64,000 bases of DNA from the NCBI RefSeq assembly GCF_006345805.1, contig NC_043018.1, forward strand, positions 28,892,001 through 28,956,000, read 5' to 3'. Position numbers and translations under genes: made by a program. Of the stretch, positions 1 to 12,739 are shown in pieces. The stretch is from Octopus sinensis. Its lineage: Eukaryota. How positions within the stretch are numbered: position 1 is the stretch's first letter; the number at the start of each line of letters is the position of its first letter. The notes under the pieces are model-generated. The model was not told where the DNA came from and did no database searches. It saw nothing but the letters and a program-made list of their open reading frames with translations.

Positions 1-55
1 GACTGAACCAGGAACCATGTGGTTGGTAAGCAAGCTACTTACTACACATCCACTC
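1..55 (-). mobile_element. 5' head fragment of tRNA-derived CORE-like SINE (family A)
   Basis: Reverse complement matches the head of the full copies at 17561 and 30883 (gtggctgtgtggtaagtagcttgc...ggttcagtc). Confidence 0.75.
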
Positions 56-543
56 ACCCAAGCTATCGAGCAATGAAGCTAAGTTTTATTTCCTAAAGGG
101 TGACCAAACAAATTGTTTGTTCTGTGGTTTTATCTCTCTTTGAGAACACTGGAATCATGTCAATATCTCCGTATTCCTTCACTGCACAATCTCTATTTCA
201 TTCTTCATCGTTCACAAAAACATTACCATATCTATCTTTCTTCCCACATCTTCCAAGACTCAAATCTCTCTATAGAATTAATAATGTAGTGTCTCCTCGG
301 AAAACAAACAAAATTTTGGATTATATTGAATACAAGTAAGAATGGTATTCATTTATTTGTGAATTTGGTCTGAATTCTGGAGTTGAAGTAACATTGTCAT
401 CTAATCGTTCTTTTATAGCTCACGTACATAGCAGAACATGTAGTTGTGTCACATAGCTGTATATCTACAGTGTAATCGTTGTTGACTTAGGCTGGCGCCA
501 AAACACGTAGCACAACCAGATAAGGAAACAGTTGTTGCTGTCG

Positions 544-1091
544 TCTTCTTCTTCTTCTTCTTCTTCTTCTTCTTCTTCTTCTTCTTCTTCTTCTTCTTCT
601 TCTTCTTCTTCCAATCAGGACTCAGGCCATTAGCCACAAAGAATAATCTCTAATTAGAGCCAACTCTAAGCTACTAAGAATGCGTGTGGCAACTTGAAGA
701 TCCACTCACCTCACGCGATAAAATGGCGGTTGCCCGGGCGCGAAAGCTACGTTGTTACCCTCATTCCGTAGACGGAGGCTTTTTTAACGGGTGGAGAGCT
801 GAACCATCCTGGTGTACAGAGGATTCGCAATCTAGACTAGGGTTTGAAACTTTACCACACCACAGTGGATTACACTATGGTACATCTGCTTCATGGCAGA
901 AGTAGGACGAAAGAGTGAGAGAAAGTTGTGGTGAAAGAGTACAGCGGGGTTCACCACCATTCCCCGCCGGGGCCTCGTGGCGCTTAGGTGTTTTTGCTCA
1001 ATAAACACTCACAATACCCGGACCGGGAATCGAAACCGCGTTCTAACAACTGCGAGTCCGCTGCCTTAACCACTGGATCATTGCGCCTCCA
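544..1091 (-). mobile_element. tRNA-derived SINE, head R + tail 1, ending in (GAA)n
   Basis: Minus strand starts tggaggcgcaatgatccagtgg (A box), has gtttcgattccc (B box) and ends gagtcctgattgg(aag)n. A second copy lies at 2692-3245 in the opposite orientation. Confidence 0.85.
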
Positions 1092-1435
1092 CCGTTGTTG
1101 TTGCTGTTGTTTAGCTTCAATTCTGCTCTGATCCATCTAGTTTTTCAGTCATATTGTTATATTACTAAATGCGCCCCTACCCTTCTCAAAAGCATTATAG
1201 TGCAATTTGAAAGATGTGCCTGCTATTTCTAGCAGTCTGAGTGACCACTTACTGAGAGATTTCCTCAAAGGTTCATTATGATGCTTTAGATGTCGTTGGT
1301 GTTTTGTCCCGCTCAAACCCGATTCAGTAGATCTTAGATGAAAGACGTTTCAGTCATTCCTACTGTCAAGCGTTAACATGGCGTGTAATTTGTGGGAAAC
1401 CGTACCGTTTTTATAATAATAATTATTTTTTATTA

Positions 1436-1700
1436 TTGGGACCAGGCTTGAAATTTTGTGGGACGCAGACAGTCGATTACACGAGCCACAATGCTCAACA
1501 AGTGTTTATTTTATCGAATACGGAGAGAGGGACGAAAAGTAAAGTCGACTTCGGCGGAATAATCATCCTTTCTACTAAGGAGTCAATGTCTAAGATCTTA
1601 TACGTAATTGGGTCAGCTGATTACAACATCGACTCCAGTACGTGACTGGTACTTATTTTATCGACCCCCCCAAAAACGATGAACCCCAAAGTAAACTAAC
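1436..1700 (-). mobile_element. Two degraded fragments of SINE family N (Nin/Deu-like body)
   Basis: Motifs gtcgattacac, ctggtacttattttatcgacccc and aaagtcgacttcggcggaat are shared with the intact copies at 7161 and 16820. Confidence 0.6.
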
Positions 1701-1846
1701 TACGTAGAGACTCTCTCATTGTTACGTCAAATATTTTACTGTTCAATCCCAATTTAGTTCTGATCAAGGAGGCATCTGATCAAGATGTCTCTCAGGAAAT
1801 AATGGATCACAGATTATAGCATCTAAGACAAACTTTGTTTACCTTT

Positions 1847-2086
1847 ACATAGCTTGCTTACCAACCACATGGTCCCGGGTTCAGTCCCACTGCGTGACAC
1901 CTTGGGCAAGGGTCTTTTACTATAGCCACGGACCGACCAATGCCTTGTGAGTGGATTTGGTAGACGGAAACTCAAAGAAGCCCGTCGTATATATGTATGT
2001 GTATGTGTTTGTGTTTGTGTGTCTGTGTTTGTTCCCCCCAACATCACTTGACAACCGTTGCTGGTGTGTTTACGTCTCCGTAACTG
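1847..2086 (+). mobile_element. SINE family A (CORE-like), partial
   Basis: ccgggttcagtcccactgcgtgacaccttgggcaag. The gaccttgggcaag motif resembles the CORE domain of MIR-type SINEs. Confidence 0.8.
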
Positions 2087-2691
2087 TTATTTGAGGTAGA
2101 GTCTGTTGCTATTTCTAACACGTATGTGAAATGCGTAGTGGATCACTCGTTTAATTGATCACATTGTAGTTGTTAAAAAGAGTAAATAATAGAGATAAAC
2201 TAAATGGTTCTTTAATGAATGGATGGACACGGTACTATAGTAGCGGTGGTAGGATACGAACTAATTATACTTGAGTTCATTGACCTTTCAGTCGGTCATC
2301 TACAGGATGAAAGAATGTTTAGAGATAAGAGGAGAGAGAAAAAAAGAAAGCGTTGGAATATCAAGAGGAGACCAAAGAAAAACAATAAAAGAAGATAGAG
2401 CAGAAACAGGAACGATAATAAAGATAACAACACTTTATAATACCAACAACGGCCAAAAGAGATAGATCAACAATAGTGGCAGCAGGAGCCGCAGAAGCAG
2501 CCGCAGCAGCAGCAGAGGTAATCACAGAGCAGCATCAAAAGAATGACCAACAGCAGCTAAATCAGCAGGAAGAATAACAACATGAATAATAATAATAACA
2601 ACAACTGAAGCTACAATAACAATTGTAACAGTAAAATCAACAAAAACAACAGCAACTACTACTACGACAGCAATGAGAACAGCAGCAACAG

Positions 2692-3218
2692 TGGAGGTGC
2701 AATGGTCCATTGGTTGGGGTAGCGGATTCGTGTTCGTACAAACGCGATTTCGATTCCCAGATCGGGCATTGTGTTTATTGAGCAAAAGCGCCTAAGCTCC
2801 ACGAGGCTCCGGCGCCCCCCCCCCCCACCACACCGGAGCCTCGTGGGGCTTAGGTGAAAGAGTACAACCCCGCTGTACTCTTTCACCACAACTTTCTCTC
2901 ACTCTTTCTTCCTACTTCTTCTACAAAGCAGAGGAACCATGGTGTTACACACTATGGTGCGGTAAACTTTCAGAACCTAGTCTAGATTGCGAATCATCTG
3001 TACCCCAGGATGGTTCAGCTCTCCACCCGTTAAAAAAGCCACCGTTTACGGAATGAGGATAACAACGTAGCTTTCGCGCCCATGCAACCGCCAGTCTATC
3101 GCGTGTGGTGGGTGGATCTTCAAGTTGCCACACGCATTCTTAGTAGCTTAGAGTAGGCACGAATTAGAGATTGTTCTTTGTGGCTAATGGCGTGAGTCCT
3201 GATTGGAAGAAGAAGAAG

Positions 3219-3245
<27 letters not shown>
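2692..3245 (+). mobile_element. tRNA-derived SINE, head R + tail 1 with (GAA)n tail
   Basis: Collinear with the reverse complement of 544-1091. Confidence 0.85.
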
Positions 3246-3250
<5 letters not shown>

Positions 3251-3830
3251 GAAGAAGGATGAGGATGAGGAAAAGAAGAAGGAGAAGAAGGAGGAGGATG
3301 AGAAGAAGAAGAAGAAGAAAAAGGAGGATGAGAAGAAGAAGGAGGAGGAGGAGGAGTAGAAGAAGAAGAAGAAGAAGGAGAAGAAGGAGAAGAAGAAGAA
3401 GGAGGAGGAGGGGGAGGAGGAGGAGAAGAAGGAGGAGGAGAAGGAGGAGAAGAAGAAGAAGACAACAACAGCAACAGAAGGAACCACATCAAAGGTAAAT
3501 GCAACAGCAACAACAACAACAATAACAACAATTACAACAGCAATGACAACAGCAGCAGTAGCAACAACAACAATTACCAACAACAATAGTAACAACAACA
3601 CCAGCACCAACAATACCAGCAACAACAACAACAACACCAGCAACAAGAACAACAACAACTATAACAACAACAGTAAAACCAGCAACAACAACACTGGTAA
3701 TAGCAACGGCAACAACAACAATAACAGCGGCAATTACGATAGCATTAAAAGTAACAGCAATGAAAACAGCAATAACAACAACAACAACATCATCAACAAC
3801 AGCAATCGCAACAACAACAACAAAATCATG
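3206..3830. repeat. (GAA/GAG)n followed by degenerate (CAA)n microsatellite
   Basis: Seen directly. Explains the poly-R/S/N/F ORFs in the track. Confidence 0.95.
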
Positions 3831-4899
3831 ATCCAGTGTAATGAATACATACATGAGATGACGTCCAATGTAACTTCAAAGCAATTTTACTTCGTGTTTC
3901 ATGTTTTCAATTAACTGTAAAATCTTCATCGTTAGAAAATGTTGAGGTAAACTGACCAGGTAATCAATGGAAAACGTTAATGAAATACTTCGCTAAATAC
4001 AAAGTATTTGTTGGTGTGAATTTCTTTGATTAAATTACTGAGAATTCCTGCGAAGGATCGAAATGGTAAATGACTAAAACGATTTTACTTTGGTGTTTAG
4101 TTCCAGACCTGAATACTCTGGCTTTAATTTCCGACGAGAACAGGAATTTTACTGTGGTTAGCGACTATACGGCGCTGATGGACTTTACTACAATTATGAT
4201 AAAGTTGTTTATTTGTTTGGGGTATGTAACCTTTACTAAAAGAACGCAATTATTAAAGTCTAAAATGTCTACAAAATGCTTATAAATTCTAATTTTAATA
4301 AATTCTGTTATCGGGGTGTGGCTTTCTATAACTCTCAAAACTAATTTCATTGCGTTTTTTTTAATGCTATGGAATAGCGTCCCCTGTTTGACTTCTCTCT
4401 CTCTCTCTCTCTCTCTCTCCCATCTACTTCATGACACTACTTTCAAACACTTCTCCAAATTATAGATTTCATCAAGTGCCAGCCAAATTAATTGATTCCA
4501 TTATCCGTTCATATTCATAGGGTGTTTTTAAAGGAGGAATTTGGGATTTAATTAACCTACGTTAATTGTACCACTTACAAGCTTGTGTTTATTATGGAAG
4601 ACGAAAATATTGTCTTTCATTGTCTTCCAGACAAAACTCGATAGTAGATTATCGAGAAACACTATCCAAGTGATTTTCTTTAATTACTTTGCATAGATTT
4701 ATGAAAGTTCGGTTTTCCAACCTCCAAAGCTGTACAAACATCGTTACATCAAAGTTTAGAAATGTCAAAGACAGATGACAAAGCTTTGAGATTTTCTATA
4801 ATGTACGAAAAGAAAGGCCGAAGTATAACAAAGAGAAAAAAACAACGAAGGATAAGTATGAGAAAATTGTTTATGAAAGATTTTGGTCAACACTTAGCC

Positions 4900-5750
4900 A
4901 GGAATTCTTTTGCTATTATTATTGATTTATTAATCACTCTGCTCTCTCTGACCGATATTTTCTATCTTGGAGCGAGATGGTGGCACGAGTAAGTAGCTTA
5001 GTCGTCGCTCGCTGGAGTTTCAACACATTAGTTGCTTCTATCTTCTTATTAGATGGACATGTCCTATGCTCCCATGAAGCATGTGAAGGTAAGCCCTTTT
5101 GCGCCCCTAAAACGTTTAGTATCATTATTCTGTGAAAGGTTGAGACTTGAATTTCCTTTACACTGGCGATTCCGGGTGTTTCCACACCATACTCTGCTTT
5201 TGGGATTATGGATCAAAGTCTCATCTCCTGTAACTATTCTGTTAAAAAAAAAAAGAAAAAGAAAAAAGAACAAAGAAAAAAAGAAAGGCTTCATCTTCAT
5301 CGTCGTAGCGGTCGAGTAACTGTTGGCAGATCTCCACATGGTTGCGCTTCGGTAAGCTCTCTTGGCAGCCATCTCGCCAAGACTTTACGTAAGTGAAGTT
5401 TGTCGTGGATGATTTCACAAGCAGAACTATGAATAATTTGCAGAGAACATGCCACCTTATAGATGCTCACATCTCTTGAGTTTGCCGAATCTTCACGTCA
5501 GTGACGAAGATTGATGGATGTTCTACTCCCTTTTTGTTCGTCACAGTCGTCTGGCGATTTTAAAACTTTTCGATCTTCTCATCCCCATTTCTACGCGAAT
5601 GAGCGCCGTTTCTGTATCATACTGAAAACCTGCAATGAATTTCAGTCCCTGACACGCATTCAAGTCAGAGGAATTGATCACTGTTCTTCTCTGGTGCACG
5701 CTACCAGAGAAATGTCTATGTTTACTCGGTTACACAAGAAAGAAAACTGG
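4900..5750 (-). pseudogene. Degraded mariner transposase remnant
   Basis: ORF 5064-5372 contains NRIVTGDETLIH (mariner first catalytic Asp motif, RIVTGDETW). A YSPDLAP-like relic lies near 4965-4995. Boundaries approximate. Confidence 0.65.
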
Positions 5751-6389
5751 AACAATCAGGGTCAACCCTCGGTTACGTAACGACAAGGGTACCATCTTTT
5801 AGCATGCGAGAGCTGAAGATAGTACGGCCAACCCAAAGAAAGTTTTGGTGAAAGTATAAATAACAGAGGCCAACAAAAATTTTATTTTTCTCTGTTGTCA
5901 AAAGATTTGGATTTGAACTAAGGGTCTTTTGATACATAGAATCCGAACATGACATCTATTAATTACCACTACATTAAGATTTTAAGATACTGAATCCATA
6001 GAATTTCATTGTTTTTCTTTCAATAAAACTGCTTATGAGGAACAAACCAGAGCATACAGACATGGATAGAAATTGTTTTTCTTCAAAACCAGAATGTTTT
6101 CTTAAAATACTACTGGAACACTAGTAAACATCTTGAAATTTCTGCATATTATTTCAATTTCCAATGATTTTTCGTTTGGATAATTTTCTTGAATACTGAA
6201 CCTCTGGGAGATTACAAGCCAAGTTCAATCAATAGTTCGCCATCATATGCAAGTCCCATCTGCTTTGATACATTTAATCCACTGGTTTTGTATCCTACTA
6301 GAAACAATGGCCAGTTTCCCAGTTTCTATGGCATATGAATGACCAAAGTCATAACGTTACTTTGAACGGGATGTCGGTTCGTTGCAGGG

Positions 6390-6722
6390 GCCAAAGCCAG
6401 CAATTTTTGAGAGGAGGGGACAAGTCGATTACACCAACTTAATTGGTATATTGATTTATCGGTATCAAAGGAATGAAAGGCAATGCTCGGCGGAATTTGA
6501 TCTCAGAACGTAAAGAAGCAGAAGAAATGTCGATAGAAATTATGTGACATGCTAACAATTCTGCTACCTCGCCACGTTTCTTAAAGAAACTGCTAGTTAT
6601 TATATGGTGAGGATGAAATGCAAAGTTGACCTCAGCAGAATTTGAACTCAGAACGTAAAGAGTCGGAAGAAATGCTGTTAAGCATTTTATCTGACGTGAT
6701 AATGCTTCTCCAAGCCTGCCAC
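6390..6722 (-). mobile_element. Degraded SINE family N fragments
   Basis: gcggaatttgatctcagaacgtaaag and gcagaatttgaactcagaacgtaaag. Confidence 0.6.
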
Positions 6723-6754
6723 TTTTTAGTGGTATATAGATGAAAGTCAACTTG

Positions 6755-7064
6755 TTGTTTGCTATTTGTTCCTTCTCGAGCCATGCCTGGCTCATAAGGG
6801 CCGGTTTCCTGGTTTCATTGGCGTAAAGGTTCCCCACCTGGACGGGACGTCGGTCCATCGCAGGTGAGCTGCTAGATGCAGGAGAAAAGAGTGAGAGAAA
6901 GTTGTGGTGAAAGAGTCAGCATAAGTTCGCCATTAACTTCTGCCGGAACCGCGTGGAGCTTAGGTGTTTTGCTCATAAACTCATACATCACCCAGTCTGA
7001 GATTCGAACCCGCGATCCCTCGACCTTGAGTAAGCTGCTCGAACCACTAGGCCATCTGTCTCCA
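6755..7064 (-). mobile_element. SINE, head R variant + tail 3 (Meta-domain-like)
   Basis: tRNA-like head, shared body actctttcaccacaactttctctcactc, then cctgcgatggaccgacgtcccgtccagg...gaaaccgg. A sister copy is at 57365-57658. Confidence 0.8.
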
Positions 7065-7160
7065 CAAAAGTCAACAAAGCATTAGTAAATTGAATCATTT
7101 CAAGTAGTTGTAGCAAGATCCTCATTGAGATTTGAACCCTAACATGAAAATGAATATATA

Positions 7161-7386
7161 TATTTCTTTACTACTCACAAGGGGCTAAACATAGAGGGGA
7201 CAAACAAGGACAGACTTAATAGTCGATGACATAGACCCCAGTGCGAAACTGGTACTTACTTTATCGACCCCGAAAGGATGACAGGCAAAGACGACCTCGG
7301 CGGAATTTGAACTCAGAACGTAACGGCAGACGAAATACCGCTAAGCATTTCGCCCGGCGTGCTAACGTTTCTGCCAGGTCGCCGCC
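7161..7386 (-). mobile_element. SINE family N, full length
   Basis: ggcggcgacctggcagaaacgttagc (A box), gagttcaaattcc (B box), catcctttcggggtcgataaa (Nin/Deu-like core), tail ending gtagtaaagaaata. Confidence 0.85.
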
Positions 7387-8336
7387 CTATGAAAATGAAT
7401 ATATAGCTAACTGTTCACTCGGCTTTAGCGAACAACTCAGGTGACAGAGTTCAAAATACCATTCTTTCTGCCTCGAGATAGGCATTTAAAAGAATTGACT
7501 TTTGTTCAATATGCAAAATCATCAAATAAAAGATAAATTAATTTTGTATTTAAAAAAAGAGGTTTCCTGTATCAATCCCCAATTTTTTTCATCATTTTAA
7601 TTATTTATAACCAATCAATATTTTATTGACTTTATGGGGTTCTTGCAAAGATCTTGTGTTTAATTAATGGTATATTTATATTTGAAGTTTAAAAGAAAAA
7701 ACTGTAGTATAAATTATTTTGTTGTGTTATATGTTATTTTATTTCATTATTTGTAAAATTATGAGGGAAAGAGACTGAAAAATAAAACGAGAGAGAGAGA
7801 GAGGGAGAGAGAGAGAGATAGAAAGTGAGAGAGAGAATAGTTTGTCTTAAAATTGTTCTGTTTTGGAAACTGATTAAATCTAAACGGAAATATATGGGAA
7901 AAGAACACGCCTGGTAGGCATTCTTCAGCTGAAATAAAATTAAGTCGAAATTTTAGATCGAGAAATAAAATGCGAAACAAACTAGAACAACGCAATAAAA
8001 CAGAAGATTACAAAGGTAAATAAATAAATAAATAAACAATATACCAAATGCACTGAAAACAAAAACTACAATTCTGTTGGAATTCAATTAAAATGTGAAA
8101 CGAGAAGGAAGTTATAAAAAAAGCGGATGTTTTATAAAATTGTATTAGTTACCAGCAATAACTAAATTCAACGAAAGAAAAATAAAACACGAGAAAATAT
8201 AACAAACAGACGGTTCAACATTGAAATAGATAACAATACAATGGCGAATGTATTTGATTTTTAAAAATTTATTTTCGAAAATCAATTATATAACAATTTG
8301 TTACACTTGATTAATACACCTGGAGGTCATTAACGC

Positions 8337-8445
<109 letters not shown>

Positions 8446-8461
8446 GTATATATATATATAT

Positions 8462-8759
8462 ATCACCGTGATCACCGTGACCGACCAGGCTATCAGATGT
8501 TGCTACACATCGCTGGTCACAATGCGCTTCATATTGTTTTAGCCTTCAATTGACGCTACCCCGCTGGCTAAGCGAGCAGGCCAACAGAAGAAAGAGTGAG
8601 AGAAAGTTGTGGCGAAAGAGTACAGCGGGATCACCACTACCCCCTGCCGGAGCCTCGTGGAGCTTTAGGTGTTTTTGCTCAATAAACGCTCACAAAACCC
8701 GGTCTGGGAATCGAAACCGCGACCCGACGACCGCGAGTACGCTGCTCTAACAACTGGGT
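8462..8759 (-). mobile_element. SINE, head R + tail 4, in (TA)n
   Basis: Head R and body joined to a tail ...gatgtgtagcaacatctgatagcctggtcggtcacggtgatcacggtgata. The same tail follows a different head at 43219-43480. Confidence 0.8.
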
Positions 8760-8828
8760 TATATATATATATATATATATTGTTATATTTCGGAATGGTC
8801 ATATTGCTTTATATACATTTATATATAT

Positions 8829-9234
8829 AGTTACGGAGATGTACTCGCATAGCAAGTAATTTGATCTGAGATCGTGTGCTGAAACGAAAACAATTGCAGC
8901 GTGGAAGGTGTTTATAAGCCATTTAAGAAACACACAAAAGCCGTTCGATTCACTTTAACATTTAAGTTTAATTTGTCAAAATATTTTCGTCGCTTTAAGA
9001 CAGCGACCTGTTCACTGACAAAGTCCGTGCTGCATCTCGATGCAGCACGGACAAAGACCGTGCTGCATCGAGATGCAGCACGGACTTTGTCAGTGAACAG
9101 GTCGCTGTCTTAACAGGTCGCGGATTTTAGCGACGAAAATATTTTGACAAATTAAACTTAAATGTTGAAGTGAATCGAACGGCTTTTGTGTGTTTCTTAA
9201 ATGGCTTATAAACACCTTCCACGCTGCAATTGTT
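8829..9234. mobile_element. Penelope-like non-autonomous element forming a ~170-bp-arm inverted repeat, with a variant hammerhead motif
   Basis: 8889-9052 is the reverse complement of ~9062-9234. Flanked by TA repeats. HHR-like fold at 8972-9022 (-) and 9086-9151 (+). Confidence 0.7.
8972..9022 (-). ncRNA. Putative minimal type I hammerhead ribozyme, G3-C8 core variant
   Basis: tttgtca GTGAACA g gtcgct-gtcttaa-agcgac GAAA ATAT TT tgacaaa: 7-bp stem I, 6-bp stem II, palindromic stem III (AATATT), UUU triplet. Confidence 0.6.
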
Positions 9235-9351
9235 GTGTATATATATAGTATTATTTGTTTTAGTTACTGGGCTGCGGTCATGCTGGGGCATCACATTGAT
9301 CACATTGATGTGTTTAGTCCACTTCTTATATATATTTATATATATATATAT

Positions 9352-9675
9352 ACTAGCACTATGACCCGGCAATGTCGGGTCATAGTGCTAGTGCATGCAT
9401 ATACAGCTGCGTGCATGCGCACATACACGCGAGTACTGCCCAAATCTCCGACCAATGACTTACAGCTAGCTGGCATTCAATTGGCGTATCAAGTTCCAGG
9501 CATTATGATTGGCTTTAGGATAGAAAATTCATAAAACAGTCATTTCTATTGATTTTTTAATGGCTTTGCGGGGTGACTGGGGAAATGTAAAGATGTGCAC
9601 GACCACCCTCGTACGGTTTTGAATGACCATAGAAAAATTGGATTTGTATAAATGACACACACAGACATTTTGCCG

Positions 9676-9700
<25 letters not shown>
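9352..9700 (-). mobile_element. Non-autonomous Helitron-like element
   Basis: Minus-strand 3' end is a cccg...cggg hairpin followed by CTAG|T (9353-9356). The 5' end runs into (TA)n (tatataacggcaaaatgtctgtg). Confidence 0.6.
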
Positions 9701-9722
<22 letters not shown>

Positions 9723-9924
9723 ACTTACCCTGTTTGTTGATATTGTTGAAATTCCAATGAAGGTTCCTTGGGTCTAGGTTAGGAACTGGCTTCTTCTACA
9801 TTATATATATATAACCCAGTTGTTAGAGCAGCCTAATCGCGGTCGTAGGGTCGCGGTTTCGATTCCCAGACCGGGTGTTGTGAGCGTTTATTGAGCAAAA
9901 ATACCTAAATAAATAATATATACA

Positions 9925-10060
9925 TTGCTTCACAACCACATGGTTCCGAGTTCAGTCCCACTACCTGGCACTTTGTGTTAGTGTCTTCTACTATAGTCTA
10001 AGAACGACCAAAACCATGTGAGCGGATTTAGTAGACAGAAATTGTAGAAAACATGTCGTA

Positions 10061-10113
<53 letters not shown>

Positions 10114-10195
10114 CTATCTTTCTCTCTCTATATATATATGTATATATATGAATATATATATATATTATATATATATATATTATATATATATATAT

Positions 10196-10226
<31 letters not shown>

Positions 10227-10420
10227 ATTTTTTGTGTATGTTTGTTCTCTTTACCATCGCTTGACAACCGGTGATGGTCTACGTAAATTAGTGGTTCGGA
10301 AAATTAGACCGATAGAATAAGTGCTAGGCTTACACAGCATAAGTCCTGGGGTCGGTTTGTTCGACTAAAAGCGGTGCTCCAGCATGGCCGCTGTCAAATA
10401 ACTGAAACAAGTAAAATAAT
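9925..10420 (+). mobile_element. SINE family A, degraded, with internal (TATC)n/(TA)n expansion
   Basis: Head aaccacatggttccgagttcagtcc; tail gcggtgctccagcatggccg...gaaacaagtaaaa. Confidence 0.75.
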
Positions 10421-10434
10421 AAACGTATACATAC

Positions 10435-11594
10435 ATAAATACCTAAGAAGAAACACTAGTGGAATATTCCACTGAAACCCTCAGTAGAATGCAAAGATAA
10501 CCTGCCTGACATAGTAATCTGGGACGAGGAAAAGAAACATAAAAGTTGTTGAAATCAACTGGCCAGTGAATGTTAACTTAAGACTGTAGATCAACGAAAA
10601 CAAAATACATACGCCGAACTATTGAGAAATTTGCAGTTACTCTACCCAGATTATAAGTTCGGGTTTATTCCTGTAACTACTCTTTACTCTTTTTACTCTT
10701 TTACTCTTTTACTTGTTTCAGTCATTTGACTGCGGCCATGCTGGAGCACCGCCTTTAGTCGAGCAACTCGACCCCGGGACTTATTCTTTGTAAGCCCAGT
10801 ACTTATTCTATCAGTCTCTTTTGCCGAACCACTAAGTGACGGGGACGTAAACACACCAGCATCGGTACAAACTAGGGGTACAAACACAGACACACAAACA
10901 CATACACATACATACATATACACATATATACATATATACGACTGGCTTCTTTCAGTTTCCGTCCACCAAATCCACTCACAAGGCATTGGTCGGCCCGGGG
11001 CTATAGCAGAAGACACTTGTCCAAGATGCCACGCAGTGGGACTGAACCCAGAACCATGTGGCTGGTTAGCAAGCTACTTACCACACAGCCACTACTGCGC
11101 CTGGGATATGTGACAGTTAGCCTAACTACTAATCTTGAGTGATTAGACTTCTCAAAACAAGAAAGGAGAAAGCTGTTTCGAAGACTACAGGTCCAAGCCA
11201 TCACTGAAACTGAGAATTTGTAAAAGTTCCTGGAAGTTTATCATTTAAGTAGACATGCGCACGTCTAGACACACAAGTACAAGCATGAGAATACATTTAT
11301 AAAACAAAACACAAATCTGCATATACATCGACACCACATACCGCACATATACACATATATATGCAAAAATACTCTGTTCATGTACTTAAAATTCCAATAA
11401 AGGAGCCTTAGATCTAGGTTAGAAACCGGCTCCTTCTGTATTGGCAAGAAATCTTGAAATATAGCAAAATAATGATATACATACATACATATACAAAATA
11501 CCCAGTTGATGTTGAAATTCCAACGAAGGAGCCTTGGATCAAGGTTTGCATCCGGTTCTTTCTCTATTGGCAAGAAAACTTGGAATAAAACTGA
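10435..11594 (+). mobile_element. 3' remnant of an RLE-type (R4/Dong-like) non-LTR retrotransposon in (CATA)n, interrupted by a SINE, with two tandem 3' UTR tips
   Basis: Translates to ...WNIPLK...PDIVIWD...YAELLRNLQLLYPDYKFGFIPV, matching 59411-59785. The tip gaaattccaa..ggagccttggatctaggttagaaaccggc occurs at ~11370-11476 and ~11500-11594 (also ~9727-9800). Confidence 0.7.
10681..11101 (-). mobile_element. SINE family A, full length
   Basis: Head ggcgcagtagtggctgtgtggtaag through the (gtaaaaga)n tail. Confidence 0.9.
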
Positions 11595-11662
11595 CATACA
11601 CACATATACGTATATGTGTGTGTTTATACATTCCTACTTACATATACACAGTTACACACGTA

Positions 11663-11716
<54 letters not shown>

Positions 11717-11899
11717 GTACGTTTATAATGAAGTCGACAGCAAACGCTAAATACCGCTTCATGATATTACATCTTAATGGTGTAATCATGTGTAAAAATA
11801 ACCTCCAATCTTTTCCTGTAAAATTGGAAATGATTGCAATGTAGGTTGTATCTTAAGTAAATTGTAAGATAAAGGAATTAAGTCTGTATATAATCTTAG

Positions 11900-12602
11900 T
11901 GGATTATCTGCTTTCAGATGCTAACAGTATATATATGTATACACACAGACTTGTATATATATATATATATATATATATCTGTGTGTGTGTAAACATATGT
12001 ATGTACGTACTTACATATAGTAAATATATGTGTATGTATGTCATGTATATATAAATGTATACTGATGTATATATATATCTATATTTGTATATATATATAT
12101 ATATGTGTGTGTGTGTATATATATATATACACATATATATGTATATATGTATATATATATACACATACACATGCATACATACACATATGCCTATATGTGT
12201 GTACACCTAAAGATATTTATTCATACACATGCACACACCACACACACACACATACACACCCACGCACAAGCATACACACTGCTGCACACACACATGCGCT
12301 TACACACACACATACATACAACTGTACGATTCGCTTTAGGTAAAATTCGACAATATCACTGTTGCCGATATTTCTGTTACTTATCAGTAGTTTCCAGGTT
12401 AAAATCCCCATTCTTTTATCAACATAAGTATATATGAAGATATGAGTGTATAAAGCGTATAGCATATGTTAATACGATTATATGATCATATGTATATATA
12501 TATATATGTGTGTGCGTGTGTGTGCGTGTGTGTGTGTATCTGTAAATATATCTGTGTGTATATGTGTATGTATAAATATATATATATGCATATATATATA
12601 TG

Positions 12603-12653
<51 letters not shown>

Positions 12654-12682
12654 GTGTGTGTGGTGTATATATATATATATGT

Positions 12683-12739
<57 letters not shown>

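Noticed and set aside
60-445. Possible coding exon or pseudogene (also 5780-6340)
   Set aside because: Stops in the candidate frames and no motif I recognise.
3164-3914. Poly-R/S/N/F/V ORFs
   Set aside because: Trinucleotide microsatellites. The same applies to the many IY/YI-rich ORFs over (TA)n elsewhere.
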